The position numbers were made by a program, and so were the translations under genes. The notes beneath the pieces were generated by a model, which did not search any database, was not told the DNA's origin, and saw only the letters and a program-made list of their open reading frames with translations. DNA of 63,909 bases, filler included, from Folioceros fuciformis (Eukaryota), in the NCBI GenBank assembly GCA_049999805.1. It is 5 parts of 3 records of this genome, joined end to end, with 100 filler letters (N's around TTAATTAATTAA, not from the genome) between each part and the next. Parts side by side here need not be neighbours in the genome. Positions count along the whole stretch, not along the records: positions 29,083 to 43,134 come from JBNGIO010006373.1; positions 43,235 to 57,684 come from JBNGIO010006373.1; 3 more parts are not named here. One strand, given 5' to 3'. Shown here one piece after another: positions 39,341 through 50,756 of this stretch (positions are counted from its first letter, which is position 1; each line of letters starts with the position of its first letter).

Positions 39341-41647
39341 ATGGCTGCCACCACCAGTGCATGCGGCTCTTCTTGCGGATGGCATCCCCTGCAGTTCCAG
39401 AATGTGTTCGTTCACCCTAAGCTCTTCTGGGGTGAATGGAGGTGGCTTAAGACAGGGGCCAATGGAGGGACTCGTCTTGTTTCTTGTGCATCCATCTCTT
39501 CCAATCAAGAAATTACGATGCAGAGAGAGCGGCAGGAGCTGTTGTGGCGCCACTTCTTCTCCACTCCCTCCGATTGGTGGGACAACAGGGCGGACAAGAA
39601 AAGCGCCCGGCATCCCGACTTCAGGCACAAAACCTCATGGGAGCCTCTATGGCTCGACAATTATCACAAGCCCGCCTGGGTAGATACGCAGCTAGCCAGG
39701 TGGGACTCGCAGCTGGGCGAAGGGCATGGGGGAGGGCAAGTGGTAGGAGACTCGGGAGTCCAAGGTCTGTGGCCGAGCGGCTCTCACCAGCCGGCCTGGA
39801 AAGATGTTGGAGGAGAAGATCCAGTGCTCCAGATCTTGAGGAGACGGTGCGAGGAGGCAGAGCTGGGTGAGGCCGTAGAAGCGTTGGATCTCTTGGTGCA
39901 ATGTGGGTGTCACATCAGCCGCACTCTGTTTTATCGTCTCCTCAAAAGGTGCATGGCACAGAAGGATCTTGCTTGTGGCAGGCGAGTTCATTCTCTTGTT
40001 GTCGAATGGGGCTTGGGGTCCAGTGCATTTTTGGCAACTCACATCATTGGGATGTATGCCTGCTATGGCGAATTGCAGGATGCAGTGCAGGCTTTTCGAG
40101 ACGTGGCTATGCCGGACATATACATGTGGTCCTCCATCATCTCAGCGCATACCAGGCACGGGCAGCCCAGCAAGGCCATCAGCTTCTACCGAGAGATGCG
40201 GGAAGCAGGGACAGGCGTCGAGGCGGATAATCACATATTCGTGGCAGCTTTATCGGCGTGTGCCGCTGCAGAGGACCTGGTTGCTGGCAAGGAGGTGCAT
40301 GCCCACATTCAGGCTAGTGCTGTCAAGGCCGACATTTTCGTTGGCAACAGCCTTGTCAATATGTATGCTAAATGTGGCAGCTTGGATGACGCTCGCAAAG
40401 TCTTTGACGGCCTGCCCAGGAGAGATGTCGTCACATGGAATGCCATGATCGCAGGGTACTCTCAGCAGGGGCTCGGGCGGGAAGCCCTGGCTCTTTACGA
40501 AAGTATGCAACGTGATGGCATCACTGTGGCTGATAACGTCACATTTGTGTCGCTTCTTCAGGCATGTGCGACTGTGGGAGCGCTGCAGCAGGGAATGCAG
40601 CTTCACACAGAGATACGGGCTAGAGGTCTGGACACTGATGGCATGATTGGTAATAGCCTGGTGAGCATGTATGCCAGATGTGGGATGTTAGACACTGCTC
40701 GCAACGTCTTTGATGCTTTGCCCAGGAGAGATGTGGTGACATGGAATTCTCTCCTCAACGGACATGCTGAACACAGCGACGGTCCCATGGCCATCCAGTT
40801 GTTCGAAGACATGCTGCAGCAAGGGGTTGAACCAAATGCGACGACTTTTACATGTCTAATGGTGGCATGCAGTCATGCTGGCCTCGTGAATGAGGGGCAT
40901 CAGTACTTCAGGATGATGGTGGAGGAATACGCAATTGTGCCTTCTGACTATCACCACAGTTGCATGGTTGATCTTCTTAGCCGCTCTGGCCAGCTGCATG
41001 AGGCGGAACGTTTACTGCGAAGCACATCATGTGTGAATGATGTGGTGGCCTGGACATGTTTGCTGAGTGCCTGCAAAGGTTACGGTGATCTAGCTTGCGG
41101 GCAAAGGTGCTTCGACCATCTTGTAAAATTGGCACCTGAAGACGCAAGTGCGTATGTGCTGCTGGGGAACCTTTATGCCAATGCCGGCAGATGGAACGAT
41201 GTGGAAAGAATCGAAAAACTGAGAAGGTCTGGAGGTGCTATGAAGAAAGCTGCAAAGGCTTGGATCGAAGTGGAGAGGAGGGTGCACGAGTTCACTGTTG
41301 GAGAAGACAGGTCCGACATCTCCTCAAAGCTGCGCAGCGTGAACAGGAGGTTGAAGGAGGAAGGGGGCCATATTCCACAGACAGTCCTGGTGTTGAAGGC
41401 AGTGCCTGAACAGGAGAAGGAGGATGCCTTGTGTGGGCATGCAGAGAAACTGGCCTTGGCTTATGGTTTGTTGAACACACCTGACGGCACAGCTTTGCTA
41501 GTCACCAAGAACCTCCGCATGTGCAATGATTGTCACAGCAGCACAAAGATAATGTCACGCCTCGAGAAGCGAGAGATCATTGTGAGAGACGCACACCGAG
41601 TTCATCAATTCGTGGATGGGTCATGTTCGTGCAGGGATCGGCTTTGA
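39341..41647 (+). CDS. PLS-class PPR protein with E1/E2 and DYW:KP-type deaminase-like domain, plus N-terminal OSB 'PDF' motif; intronless
   Basis: About 11 P/L/S repeats (DVVTWNAMIAGY, NSLVNMYAKCGSL), KKAAKAWIEV instead of the PG box, HAEKLA, KNLRMCNDCH, HRVHQFVDGSCSCRDRL. N-terminal WWDNR..K..RHPDFRHK..EPLWL. Confidence 0.95.
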   Translation: MAATTSACGSSCGWHPLQFQNVFVHPKLFWGEWRWLKTGANGGTRLVSCASISSNQEITMQRERQELLWRHFFSTPSDWWDNRADKKSARHPDFRHKTSWEPLWLDNYHKPAWVDTQLARWDSQLGEGHGGGQVVGDSGVQGLWPSGSHQPAWKDVGGEDPVLQILRRRCEEAELGEAVEALDLLVQCGCHISRTLFYRLLKRCMAQKDLACGRRVHSLVVEWGLGSSAFLATHIIGMYACYGELQDAVQAFRDVAMPDIYMWSSIISAHTRHGQPSKAISFYREMREAGTGVEADNHIFVAALSACAAAEDLVAGKEVHAHIQASAVKADIFVGNSLVNMYAKCGSLDDARKVFDGLPRRDVVTWNAMIAGYSQQGLGREALALYESMQRDGITVADNVTFVSLLQACATVGALQQGMQLHTEIRARGLDTDGMIGNSLVSMYARCGMLDTARNVFDALPRRDVVTWNSLLNGHAEHSDGPMAIQLFEDMLQQGVEPNATTFTCLMVACSHAGLVNEGHQYFRMMVEEYAIVPSDYHHSCMVDLLSRSGQLHEAERLLRSTSCVNDVVAWTCLLSACKGYGDLACGQRCFDHLVKLAPEDASAYVLLGNLYANAGRWNDVERIEKLRRSGGAMKKAAKAWIEVERRVHEFTVGEDRSDISSKLRSVNRRLKEEGGHIPQTVLVLKAVPEQEKEDALCGHAEKLALAYGLLNTPDGTALLVTKNLRMCNDCHSSTKIMSRLEKREIIVRDAHRVHQFVDGSCSCRDRL

Positions 41648-43996
41648 CCCTGCGGTAGGGTATGTCACATAGGGACAGCAATCGTCTAGGGCCTTGCAGT
41701 AGTGTGCCGGGAAGGGAAGAGCCCATTCGCGTCGGGGAATCATCATGTGGTGAGTCGCGATGGGCGCAGTAATCCCTCCACATTTCCCGGCCAAGGTCTA
41801 TCCATGTTCACCTTGCACAAGGTCCATGGTTCCTCCAAGATGTTTGCAGGAACAACGTACATATGCATCGCGTACAGCACTGTCATGTACGCATCCCTTG
41901 TGCTGATGACGTTGCTAGGGTCATGAGAGGAGCATGAAGTGAGGTATGAAAAGCCGTCTTTGAAGGGAGTGGCGTCCACATCCATGTAGTACAGCTGGAC
42001 TGCTCAGTCCAGCTGGTGTCTCTCTTTTTCACCCGTTTGAGTATGATGGGCACTTGTGCAGGCAGGCAGGGTTTTTTGACAAGTCTGCTCTTCCGCCTCA
42101 TGGCCTGTGAAGTTGTCTGCCATGGCTGACAGGAACCTGCAATATGTTCCACCTACGGTGGTGTCCGCCCTGTATGTACGTGCGTGGAAGTTGGAATGAC
42201 TGATCTTCAGATGGTGAGACATTCCACAAGCAAACAACTACACACACGCAGCGTTGTCGTGTCAGGACAGTGTACTCTCACCGGTGCCCATTTGTGTCCA
42301 CTCCCACTTTCCTGCCCCTTTTCCTTCCCTTTCCAGCTTCCGGAACTGTCACTCACCTGTGAGGCTGTGGATTCTTCTCCACCCAATTGCATACACAGTT
42401 CTCTTCTCTCCCCTGCTCCAAGTCGGCAGTGTGCACACAAAACATCGCCGTCCCATGTCCACATGTTGACTTTGACTTGCATGAACATGAATGTCTTGTA
42501 TGTGTGTCTCTATGTAAGCCTACCTTTTTTAATAAGAGCTTTTTAATGGGATCGAAGAGACAAGATCCACAATTCCAGACAGCTGCAAACATCTGTAGTT
42601 TTGAATGTGGTGTTCGAAGTGGATCAAGAAGCCGCTCCATACTGTACGTGAAGCGTGTCAGTAATTAATTAACATCATATGTATTTCGCTCACGGAGCCT
42701 CCGCCCGCCCCACTCCTGGCCTTGGCGCAACGCTACGTGATGTCAGAGCGTGATAATGGAGGAAGCGGGTCTGGCCGCCCGGCGCCGGCCAAGCAAAGGC
42801 AGCCGGCAACCCAAGGGCACGCACACATTGCATACCTCCCGGCCGTGCCGTGCCGTGCCGTGCCGTTTTCCACAGTCTTGGGGACAGCTGCAGCTCTGGC
42901 TCCACCTTCCTGGCTACCTTGCTCCCCAGTTCCGGCTCGCCCACGCCATCCCCGCGCGCTTACTTGCCAGGCAGCGCTCTGTTGCCCGGAGCGTGGCTTC
43001 CGAGTTCCGCCGAGGCGCCAGATGCAGCTTGCCTCGGCCTGCACCTGATTAAACTAGTGTATGTGTGTCTCGCAAATCTCCCTTTTCGTTGCTCCTTTCC
43101 CCGCCTATCCTCTCCCTCTCCTGCTCCCTCCCCCNNNNNNNNNNNNNNNNNNNNNNNNNNNNNNNNNNNNNNNNNNNNTTAATTAATTAANNNNNNNNNN
43201 NNNNNNNNNNNNNNNNNNNNNNNNNNNNNNNNNNACCACAAGATCGCCTTGCTCAACAACATTTCTTCACTCATCTTCTTAAAAAAAAACATTAATCACC
43301 CTTACACCAAACATCAAATTTAAGACTTTAAAACAAACGTGGCATGTAGGTATTCCTGCAAGAATATTCACAACGGAATGCTGGCTGCCCAAGACAAATT
43401 ACTGGTAAGCATAGTAGTTTCTCAAGCTCACTTGCATTTATTTATGAATTAAAAAGAACTTTTTTTTATTTTTATTTTTAAAGAGAATGACGAATTAAAG
43501 TTCTATTGTTCGCAGAATCCCTTGGATTCATTCGTTATCATAGTGACAGCCCTTAAGTTGCTTAACATTGGATTATTACTTAATCCCCTTTTCCCAATTT
43601 TTTATGCTCAGGAAGAAAGTTAGATACTAGTTACCTTTGAGTGGATTATGATTCACTTTCAACCCAAAAAGTTGATAGAATTTGAGCGTGAAGATTAAAA
43701 TGAGGACATGTTTATCCAAATGATTATTTTTTATTATTGAAAAAGAGATGGAAAGTCCCATCTACTCCAAAGGTTAAAGATAGAGGAACAACCAAGCAAG
43801 GCCAAAAGGGTACTAGCCCCTTGAACAAAAAACTTTTTGTAAACTAAAAATATCTAAATATTTATAAAAAAGAGTATTTAAATCTATGTATGTTGTAGTA
43901 ATGAAACACTTAGGGCTGCAAGAATTGATACAAAAGAGTATGTTAGTAAGACTATATTTTGTATGATGCTGGAATGGTCTTAAGAACTCATTCACC

Positions 43997-45100
43997 ATGG
44001 TATGCTTTTGTGTTTGTAAGTCCCAAATGAATGCCATAATAATCTTTATAATTTTATGTATGAAACATTGGTATGCAGATTCAATTCGTGTTAGTCATGA
44101 GTAGACAAGGTAAGATTCGATTATCCAAATGGTATACTCCTTATTCCCAAAAAGAAAGAGCTAAGGTAAGCACAAAGTTTGACGAACAAAATTTGTGTCT
44201 CATGTGTGTATTGAGTATGAAGACAAGCTTTGTCTTTAGAGTTAAAGCAAACTTTCATCTGTATGCATTGGTGATAGTGTACTTTGGGGATTCAGATAGT
44301 GAGAGAAGTAAGCAATTTGTTCATCAATAGAGGACAAAGACTTTGCAACTTTGTGGAATGGCAGAACTATCGGATAGTGTATAAACGGTAATTGTGATTG
44401 TAATGTGGGGAAAGGGGATTGAACTTTGTTGATAGGAGGACGAGGAAGAGGAAGGAGATGTAAGATTGGTTTTGTTGTGGTGCCAGATTTGCAAGTTTGT
44501 TCTTCGCTATGTGTGTGGATTTGGGGGATAATGAGCTTGAGACATTAGAAATCATCCAACATTATGTAGAAATCTTGGATCGGTACTTTGGAAACGTAAG
44601 TGGGTTCTTCAATTTCTTGCATGTTGGAGGAGGAAGGAGAAAGGAGGAGAGGTATGTTTGCTTTGGTTTTAGTGGCGTGCAAGTGTGGATTGATTGAGGT
44701 GCACAGGTGTGCGAGCTCGACCTCATCTTCCATTTTCATAAGGTGAGAAGCCCGTTTGAAAAGGCTAAGCATTGTTGGGTGGTTTGCTCGAATAAGAAAT
44801 GACATGTTGGAGGTGGTGCAGGCGTACTACGTGCTGGACGAGGTGTTACTGGCTGGCGAACTGCAAGAACCAAGTCGGAAGTCGGTGGCACGAGTCATGG
44901 CAGCGCAAGTAAGTGGTGCCAATGCAAAGGTCATCAGATGGCAGGCGAGATTTGGGTTTTAGTGTGCAGGTGGTGAAACGTGGCCTGGCCTGCTCCCGTG
45001 TCTTTCTGTGGGTTGCGTGCAGGACGAGGCTGTGGAGCAAGCCAAGACGGAGGCCACGTCCATCACCAGCATGATAGCCAATGCCGTCAAGTCTTCGTAA
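43997..45100 (+). CDS. AP1S: AP-1 clathrin adaptor complex sigma subunit, multi-exon; first coding exon is ATG only (43997-43999)
   Basis: [80 protein letters not shown]|gtatgc...cag|ATT splice. Confidence 0.9.
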
Positions 45101-46259
45101 AGGGCAGAGCAGGGCCGGGCGGGGCAGCGCAGGGCAGGGCTGGGCCGGGCCGGGCCGAGCCAGTGACACTCGTCGGTCTAGCGGAAGCGGAAGTGCGCAA
45201 GTGCGTAGACATCACACACAGGCTCCAACACTTCACGTGGCCGTCTGCCGGGGTTACGTATAGACAGGTGCATAGCCTTATGAAATAAAGCCGGCAGGGC
45301 AGGCAGGGTGGGATCAGAAGAGATGATGCGGCATCAGCCTCGGCATCGGGCCCCTCCGTCCCCGGGGCACACGCTGGGTTCCTCGCTTTTCCCACGTGTC
45401 CCAAGACGAGCCGATGACCCTCCTGCTCCCGCTTCCCCTGCCCCTTCCGCGTCCCTGATTTCTTGAAAACCTTGACCCCTTGCCGGCTTGCAGCTTCCTG
45501 CCGGGAGAAGCCGCGCCGAGCCGAGTCGAGCCGAGCTGCAGGTCTGCCGCCCTGCCGGCCTACACCATTCCTAGGGCAGAGCTTGGAAACGGGTCTGCGG
45601 CGGTCGTTCAACCACGGACAAAGCGGCATCACGTGGCTCCATGAGTTGTGATTGAGGGAATCTCAATATCTCAGGACGCCCGAGGCGCAAGACGGAAGGC
45701 GGACGCCACAAACAAAAAGAACTGAAGGCCTGCTGTAGCCGGGGCCGGGGCCGGGGCCAGGCCCTGAGAGCGCTGAGCCTCAGGCTGGTTGATTCACGTA
45801 TGTTGGTGGTGGACAAATCCGGACGTTTTTATTGGCCGAGATCATGTCATGCCTTTCACATAAAGAGCCCGGTCACCCGAGAACACCGCATGAAATTGTG
45901 TCAGTTTCATGAGGCCGGTCGAAACTGACACACACCGGTTGAGTTTCTACCTACAATGATGTGCCACATGGCATATTTACTTGTTCCAGTTACGATGCTG
46001 TAAACTCATAGCAAGCGCCCCCCTGGCCATGGGTTGGATAATGCCGCCACCACACAAACAACAACTGGGCTCTCGCGAGGAGAATTGTGGAAGGATCATC
46101 TCGTCAACCTCATTTATGTTCGAGGAAGATTACAAGTGGAGTTTGACAAATCTCCCAGGTTCCTCATCACCTTACTGTGATTGTGCTTTTCATTTCTGAT
46201 CGTACTTCCTTCGGACCCGTTCTCCTCGCATTGTGTAGGCATTGATGTATACAATAAGG

Positions 46260-46827
46260 TGGTAATCAAGCTGTCTTCCATTTGTCCCAACTTTGACAAG
46301 AATGGAGAAGGATGCCGACAAAAAATGGAAAACAATCTACAATGACTATAAGCACGATAAAGCCTTGAATGGTATTCCAGGGAATGCTAGGTCTAATAAG
46401 TGTCTTTGGTTTGATCTTGTAGACAATATGGAAGAAAGAGCTCATGTGGTTTATCCCTTAGGAAGCCAAGTAGATTCGCATTCCGGCTCACAAACAAGTG
46501 GTTCACAAGACGAAAGACCATGGAGGCCCATCACCTGATTCCTCATGTTGTTCACAACCTCAAGAGCCAAGCGGTGTTGATGGGCATTCCAGTGCACCTA
46601 TTTCTCAACGTAGGCAAAACACGGAAGCTAGGGAGAGGTCAAGGTCTTGCAATGATGGAGACGTAGATAATCATATATACAATGTGCAACTCTTAGAGAG
46701 CCTTACAAGGAACATAGAAAATAGTGAAGGCCAAAAAATTGCTTTATTATGGAGCTTGACTCAACCCATCATTGTCCTGGTCAGTGCTCTAGGAAACAAG
46801 TCATATGAAATGATAGCATCTTCCTAG
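46260..46827 (+). pseudogene. Harbinger-associated Myb/SANT (trihelix-like) protein, frameshifted
   Basis: KKWKTIYNDYK...KCLWFDLVD matches trihelix/MADF-like motifs. The frame is broken. Confidence 0.6.
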
Positions 46828-47577
46828 CTTTAAATTGTACTAACTCTCGCTTACACTCTATTCACTCTCACTCATACTTTCGGTCATTTCATCCTCATTC
46901 GAAAAAGTGTTCTGGCTTACCTCGTATGTCTTTGCACTGTAAAAGGCATGTGCAATGGCCGAATTTCTTGGAACATCTTCTGCATACCCGGGAAGCTCAA
47001 GCTCGTTTCTATCCCCGTGCTCATAAGTACCACCACTATGAACTGAGGGCATGACATTGCGAGCTCTTACTACACTGATTTCAAATAAAGATTCCCTTGC
47101 TACGTTACTTGCCTCTGTCTCCATATCACCAAGCACACAACTTTCACAATCATGAATTGCCTCTTTAAGCCATGCATGATCAAAACTATCCTTTTTTGTA
47201 TGCACATGTTATATAGGATAAGACATGCTTGCACCATCCTAGGGGCATATTTCTGTTTCATATCCAACCGTTTGAGAAGGCACTTGAAACGAGCTTTAAA
47301 CATGCCAAATGCACACTCTATAGCCATGCAAGTACTACTCTGGACAAAGTTCCGATCCTGCTGTACTGGTGAAAATCCATCTTTCAAGCCTTTGTATGGT
47401 GTTCACATGTAATTACGAGGTCAATAGCCGCATCACCCACCAAACTATATTGTCCTAGCTTACCACGTTTACACATGTGCCCAAGTGTGGCGTGCTTGAA
47501 CAAGTTCCAATCTTTAAAGCTACTTGCCCAACTGAAATCATAATCCCATACATAGCAATGTGTAGAAACTGTAAGTT

Positions 47578-47690
47578 GTAGCAACTGAGAGTAAAAACCC
47601 TTGCAGCAACTGAGAGTAAAAACCCTNNNNNNNNNNCTTGCAGCAACTGAGAGTAAAAACCCTTGCAGCAACTGAGAGTAAAAGCCCTTG
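47578..47690. repeat. 25-bp tandem repeat inside the transposase
   Basis: TTGCAGCAACTGAGAGTAAAAACCC repeated, with a small gap inside. Confidence 0.85.
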
Positions 47691-47928
47691 CGGTTATAAT
47701 AGTCTGTCTTATTGATAGAGGGTCCTATGATTTGTATGTGACTCCCATCCATAGCCCCAACAACATATGGAATGCCTCTAATGGCTTCAAACTGGTTAGC
47801 ATACCTCTACATACACGAGCCCGTCCATGGCCATGAATATATATATCATGTAAGGTTTGCACCAAAGCCGCACAAAATTGGTGAACACATACACAAACAA
47901 TAGATGCAATCTTCCTGCAAGTGGCGTC

Positions 47929-48188
47929 AAATGTGGCTTTTGAAATGCACATTCTGGAAATGTGGTTTTTGAAATGCACATTCTTGGAAATGTGGCTTTC
48001 GAAATGTACATTCTGGAAATGTGGCTTTTGAAATGTACATTCTAGAAATGTGGCTTTTGAAATGTACATTCTGGAAATGTGACTTTTGAAATGTACATTC
48101 TGGAAATGTGGCTTTTGAAATGTACATTCTGGAAATGTGGCTTTTCAAATGTACATTCTGGAAATGTGGCTTTTGAAATGCACATTCT
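47929..48188. repeat. 29-bp tandem repeat, ~9 copies, inside the transposase
   Basis: AAATGTGGCTTTTGAAATGTACATTCTGG at 47929, 47958, 47988, 48017, 48046 and onward. Confidence 0.92.
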
Positions 48189-49134
48189 TCTCTTGAACAT
48201 TGCATCACTGAGCCCATGAGCTGTTGGTCAAAGAATGATTTGGCTTAGTGCGTATGCCCAATGAAAGAAGCCCAACTATCTTAAACTTGCAACTGCAAAA
48301 CATAGCCCCAAGAACCCAACACCAATGCCAATGATGACGAGTGAGCCCCTCCAATGTCTATATACACAAGGATGCCCAACATGATTGCTTGCAAGAGGAG
48401 CATGTCGTAGGTTCCATTGCAATCATGGCTAGTAGGTACAAGGGGTGGACGAAACTAAGAGATGGACGAAGCCACGAGATCAGGTATACTTTTATGTTTC
48501 TTATTAAATTACCTAGTAATAATAATATCTACATCTCATTATATGAAATAATATAAATAAATAACCACATCATCGGGATGGTGAAACCATTCCACTACTA
48601 ATGGAAGAGCAAACGTGCCAGGACCGACCGTGACAGTGTGTGAATCCAGCCTCAAGAGCCTCAGTCTGACACAATCTTCCCTTCTGTACAACGTACTGTA
48701 TGTATGAATATATGTACATACATGTATGATTCGATGCTGATAAGCGGATCCTGGTGACCGGAGACCGGCTATACCCGGGAGCACAATTGTCGATACAGTT
48801 TTCGAAGTATAAGGGGGCGGGGACTCGTGAGAGACAAGAAGTGCCTTTCTCAGGCGGGCCCCTGACACGTGCTACCTACTACGCATTTATGGATGGAATG
48901 TGTGGGTCGCTTTCTTTGGTTTCGGGAATCGGGCGGCCATTGTGCTCTCGTCAAGTCTGTGGCGAGCCGTTAGGGACACGTGGGCTGTGGGGACTCCGGA
49001 CGCATAAATTATGCCCTGGAATTAAATCGCATCTTAGCACCTAGCAGTGCGTCTCAATCTGCTCAGTACATCTGTCCATACATCGCTTTGCAGGCAAGTT
49101 GGCAAGTAGGCGATGATCTGTGATCTGATCTGCA

Positions 49135-49322
49135 CTGCCCTGCCCTGCCCTGCCCTGCCCTGCCCTGCCCTGCCCTGCCCTNNNNNNNNNNNNNNNNNNN
49201 NNNNNNNNNNNNNNNNNNNNNNNNNNNNNNNNNNNNNNNNNNNNNNNNNNNNNNNNNNNNNNNNNNNNNNNNNNNNNNNNNCCTGCCCTGCCCTGCCCTG
49301 CCCTGCCCTGCCCTGCCCTGCC
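49135..49322. repeat. (GCCCT)n microsatellite spanning an assembly gap
   Basis: Perfect pentamer runs on both sides of the N-run. Confidence 0.9.
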
Positions 49323-50756
49323 GGACACTCGGACTCATGGGCGGGTTCAAACAAGCAAAGATGGAAGCCAAGCCTGCAACAAGTTGTGCCAAATTGTGTT
49401 GTGCATCGGAGTGCGTACTGTAAGGAGCTCCTTGCCACTAATTCCCACCCTTTTCCCTTTCTTCCCTTCCTAAAACTGGAAGTAGGGACAAGGGGTGTCC
49501 GTGTCCTCCTAGTGGCAGCGGATGGAGATCCCGGGATTTTCCACCCACCACCAACAAACGCAGTGCTGCAGACCGGCAGAGCGTCAGAGTGGCAGAGCCC
49601 GGAGTGAAGGAGTTGTAAACTTGCACTAAGCAAGCTTCCAGCCAGCAGCAGACAGCCGGCAGCCAGAGCAGCAGCCAATCGGCAGGAGTAGCAACTGCCC
49701 ACCATCCCCCGCTCTGAGTACGACATGAGCGGGGTGACACCCGCGCGCATCATCGCCCAGGTACAGTGAGATGCGTTGGAGGAGGAAGGGAAAGGCAAGG
49801 TTGAGGGAAAGGGAACAAATAGCCACGACGAAGAGTTGACGAGGGGTATCGCCAGGGATAGCGGTGGCGGTAGCCGCCGCCCGTGAAGCCCGACTGCCTG
49901 ACTTCCCATCTTCTGTCACGCGCTGAGCATGGGGGATTGTGTGGACAGATTACGGCCCCACATGCCTGAATTACTCGTTCTAACCTTTTCAGCAGCAGAA
50001 AGTGGGCTCTGTCCAGCGAAAAGGTTGGGGAAAGGCAGATCGAGTCTGTCGGCGATCCAACATCAAAGCAACAGGGCGGGCGGCGAAGGATTCTCGCCAG
50101 ATCCCTACTCTTTTTATTACCATAAACCTCAACTTGGACGGCAACTAGGACACCTACCTGCAGCCGGCAGCGGGAAGCTGGAATCGGAGCCTACTTGATG
50201 TCCGCCCACTCGCCTTCACACTCTGTTGCTAACACTGTACACTGCACACCCTACACAATACAGACTACAGTCCAGTCCACACACTGTGCAGTGTAGACGA
50301 CTGTACTGCATGTATCACCATCCCCACAAAAAGCCTCTCGGGTGAAGTGTTGAAGGGTTTAATGAACCACCCGCCAACGCGGGCGCCGGCCGCCTGCCGG
50401 GATGACTCTCGCTCACCACGTACAGTATATGTAACATGTGCATGTACCACACTGTATGTATTTCAGCCACCCATGACCTCCCGTCTCACCGGTCACCTCA
50501 CTTGCTGTCACTGTCCTCGACCTTTTCCTTCTTCCTTGGACTTTCGAATTCATTTTCGTCCTTCCTCGCTGGTAGCGGATCCGATCAACAATCTTGCACC
50601 ACCAACCTCGCCGGGTTTGGGGCCCGATCTCGCTTGCTCCTGCACCTCTTTATAGTCGCCCAGGCCCTCAGACCTCTTTGGACTTAGATGTAGGAGCCCT
50701 AGCTCTGGTCGCTGCGGTTTGTCGAGTGTTGGGACGTTGGATCCGAGGTAGCGGCC

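Larger units (their letters stand above)
45865..48430. mobile_element. Decayed PIF/Harbinger DNA transposon (ends approximate)
   Basis: Convergent pair of a Myb/SANT-like ORF (+) and a DDE transposase (-). Short inverted repeats TGTGTCAGTTTC/GAAACTGACACA near 45897-45933. Confidence 0.75.
46858..48430 (-). pseudogene. HARBI1-like DDE transposase, frameshifted and interrupted by minisatellites
   Basis: MFKRRMCISKATF, MDGSHIQI, YYNRKGFYSQLLQ, LVGDAA, IECAFGMFKARFKCL, ACLILYNMCI. Confidence 0.85.

Noticed and set aside
48753-48761. GGTGACCGG as right TIR of the Harbinger, matching CCGGTCACC near 45869
   Set aside because: Only 9 bp match and the outer bases and TAA/TTA target duplication do not agree. 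Too weak to fix the element end.
49900-49920. miR156/157-like TGACAGAAGAT on the minus strand
   Set aside because: Only the first ~11 nt match and no complementary star arm was found.
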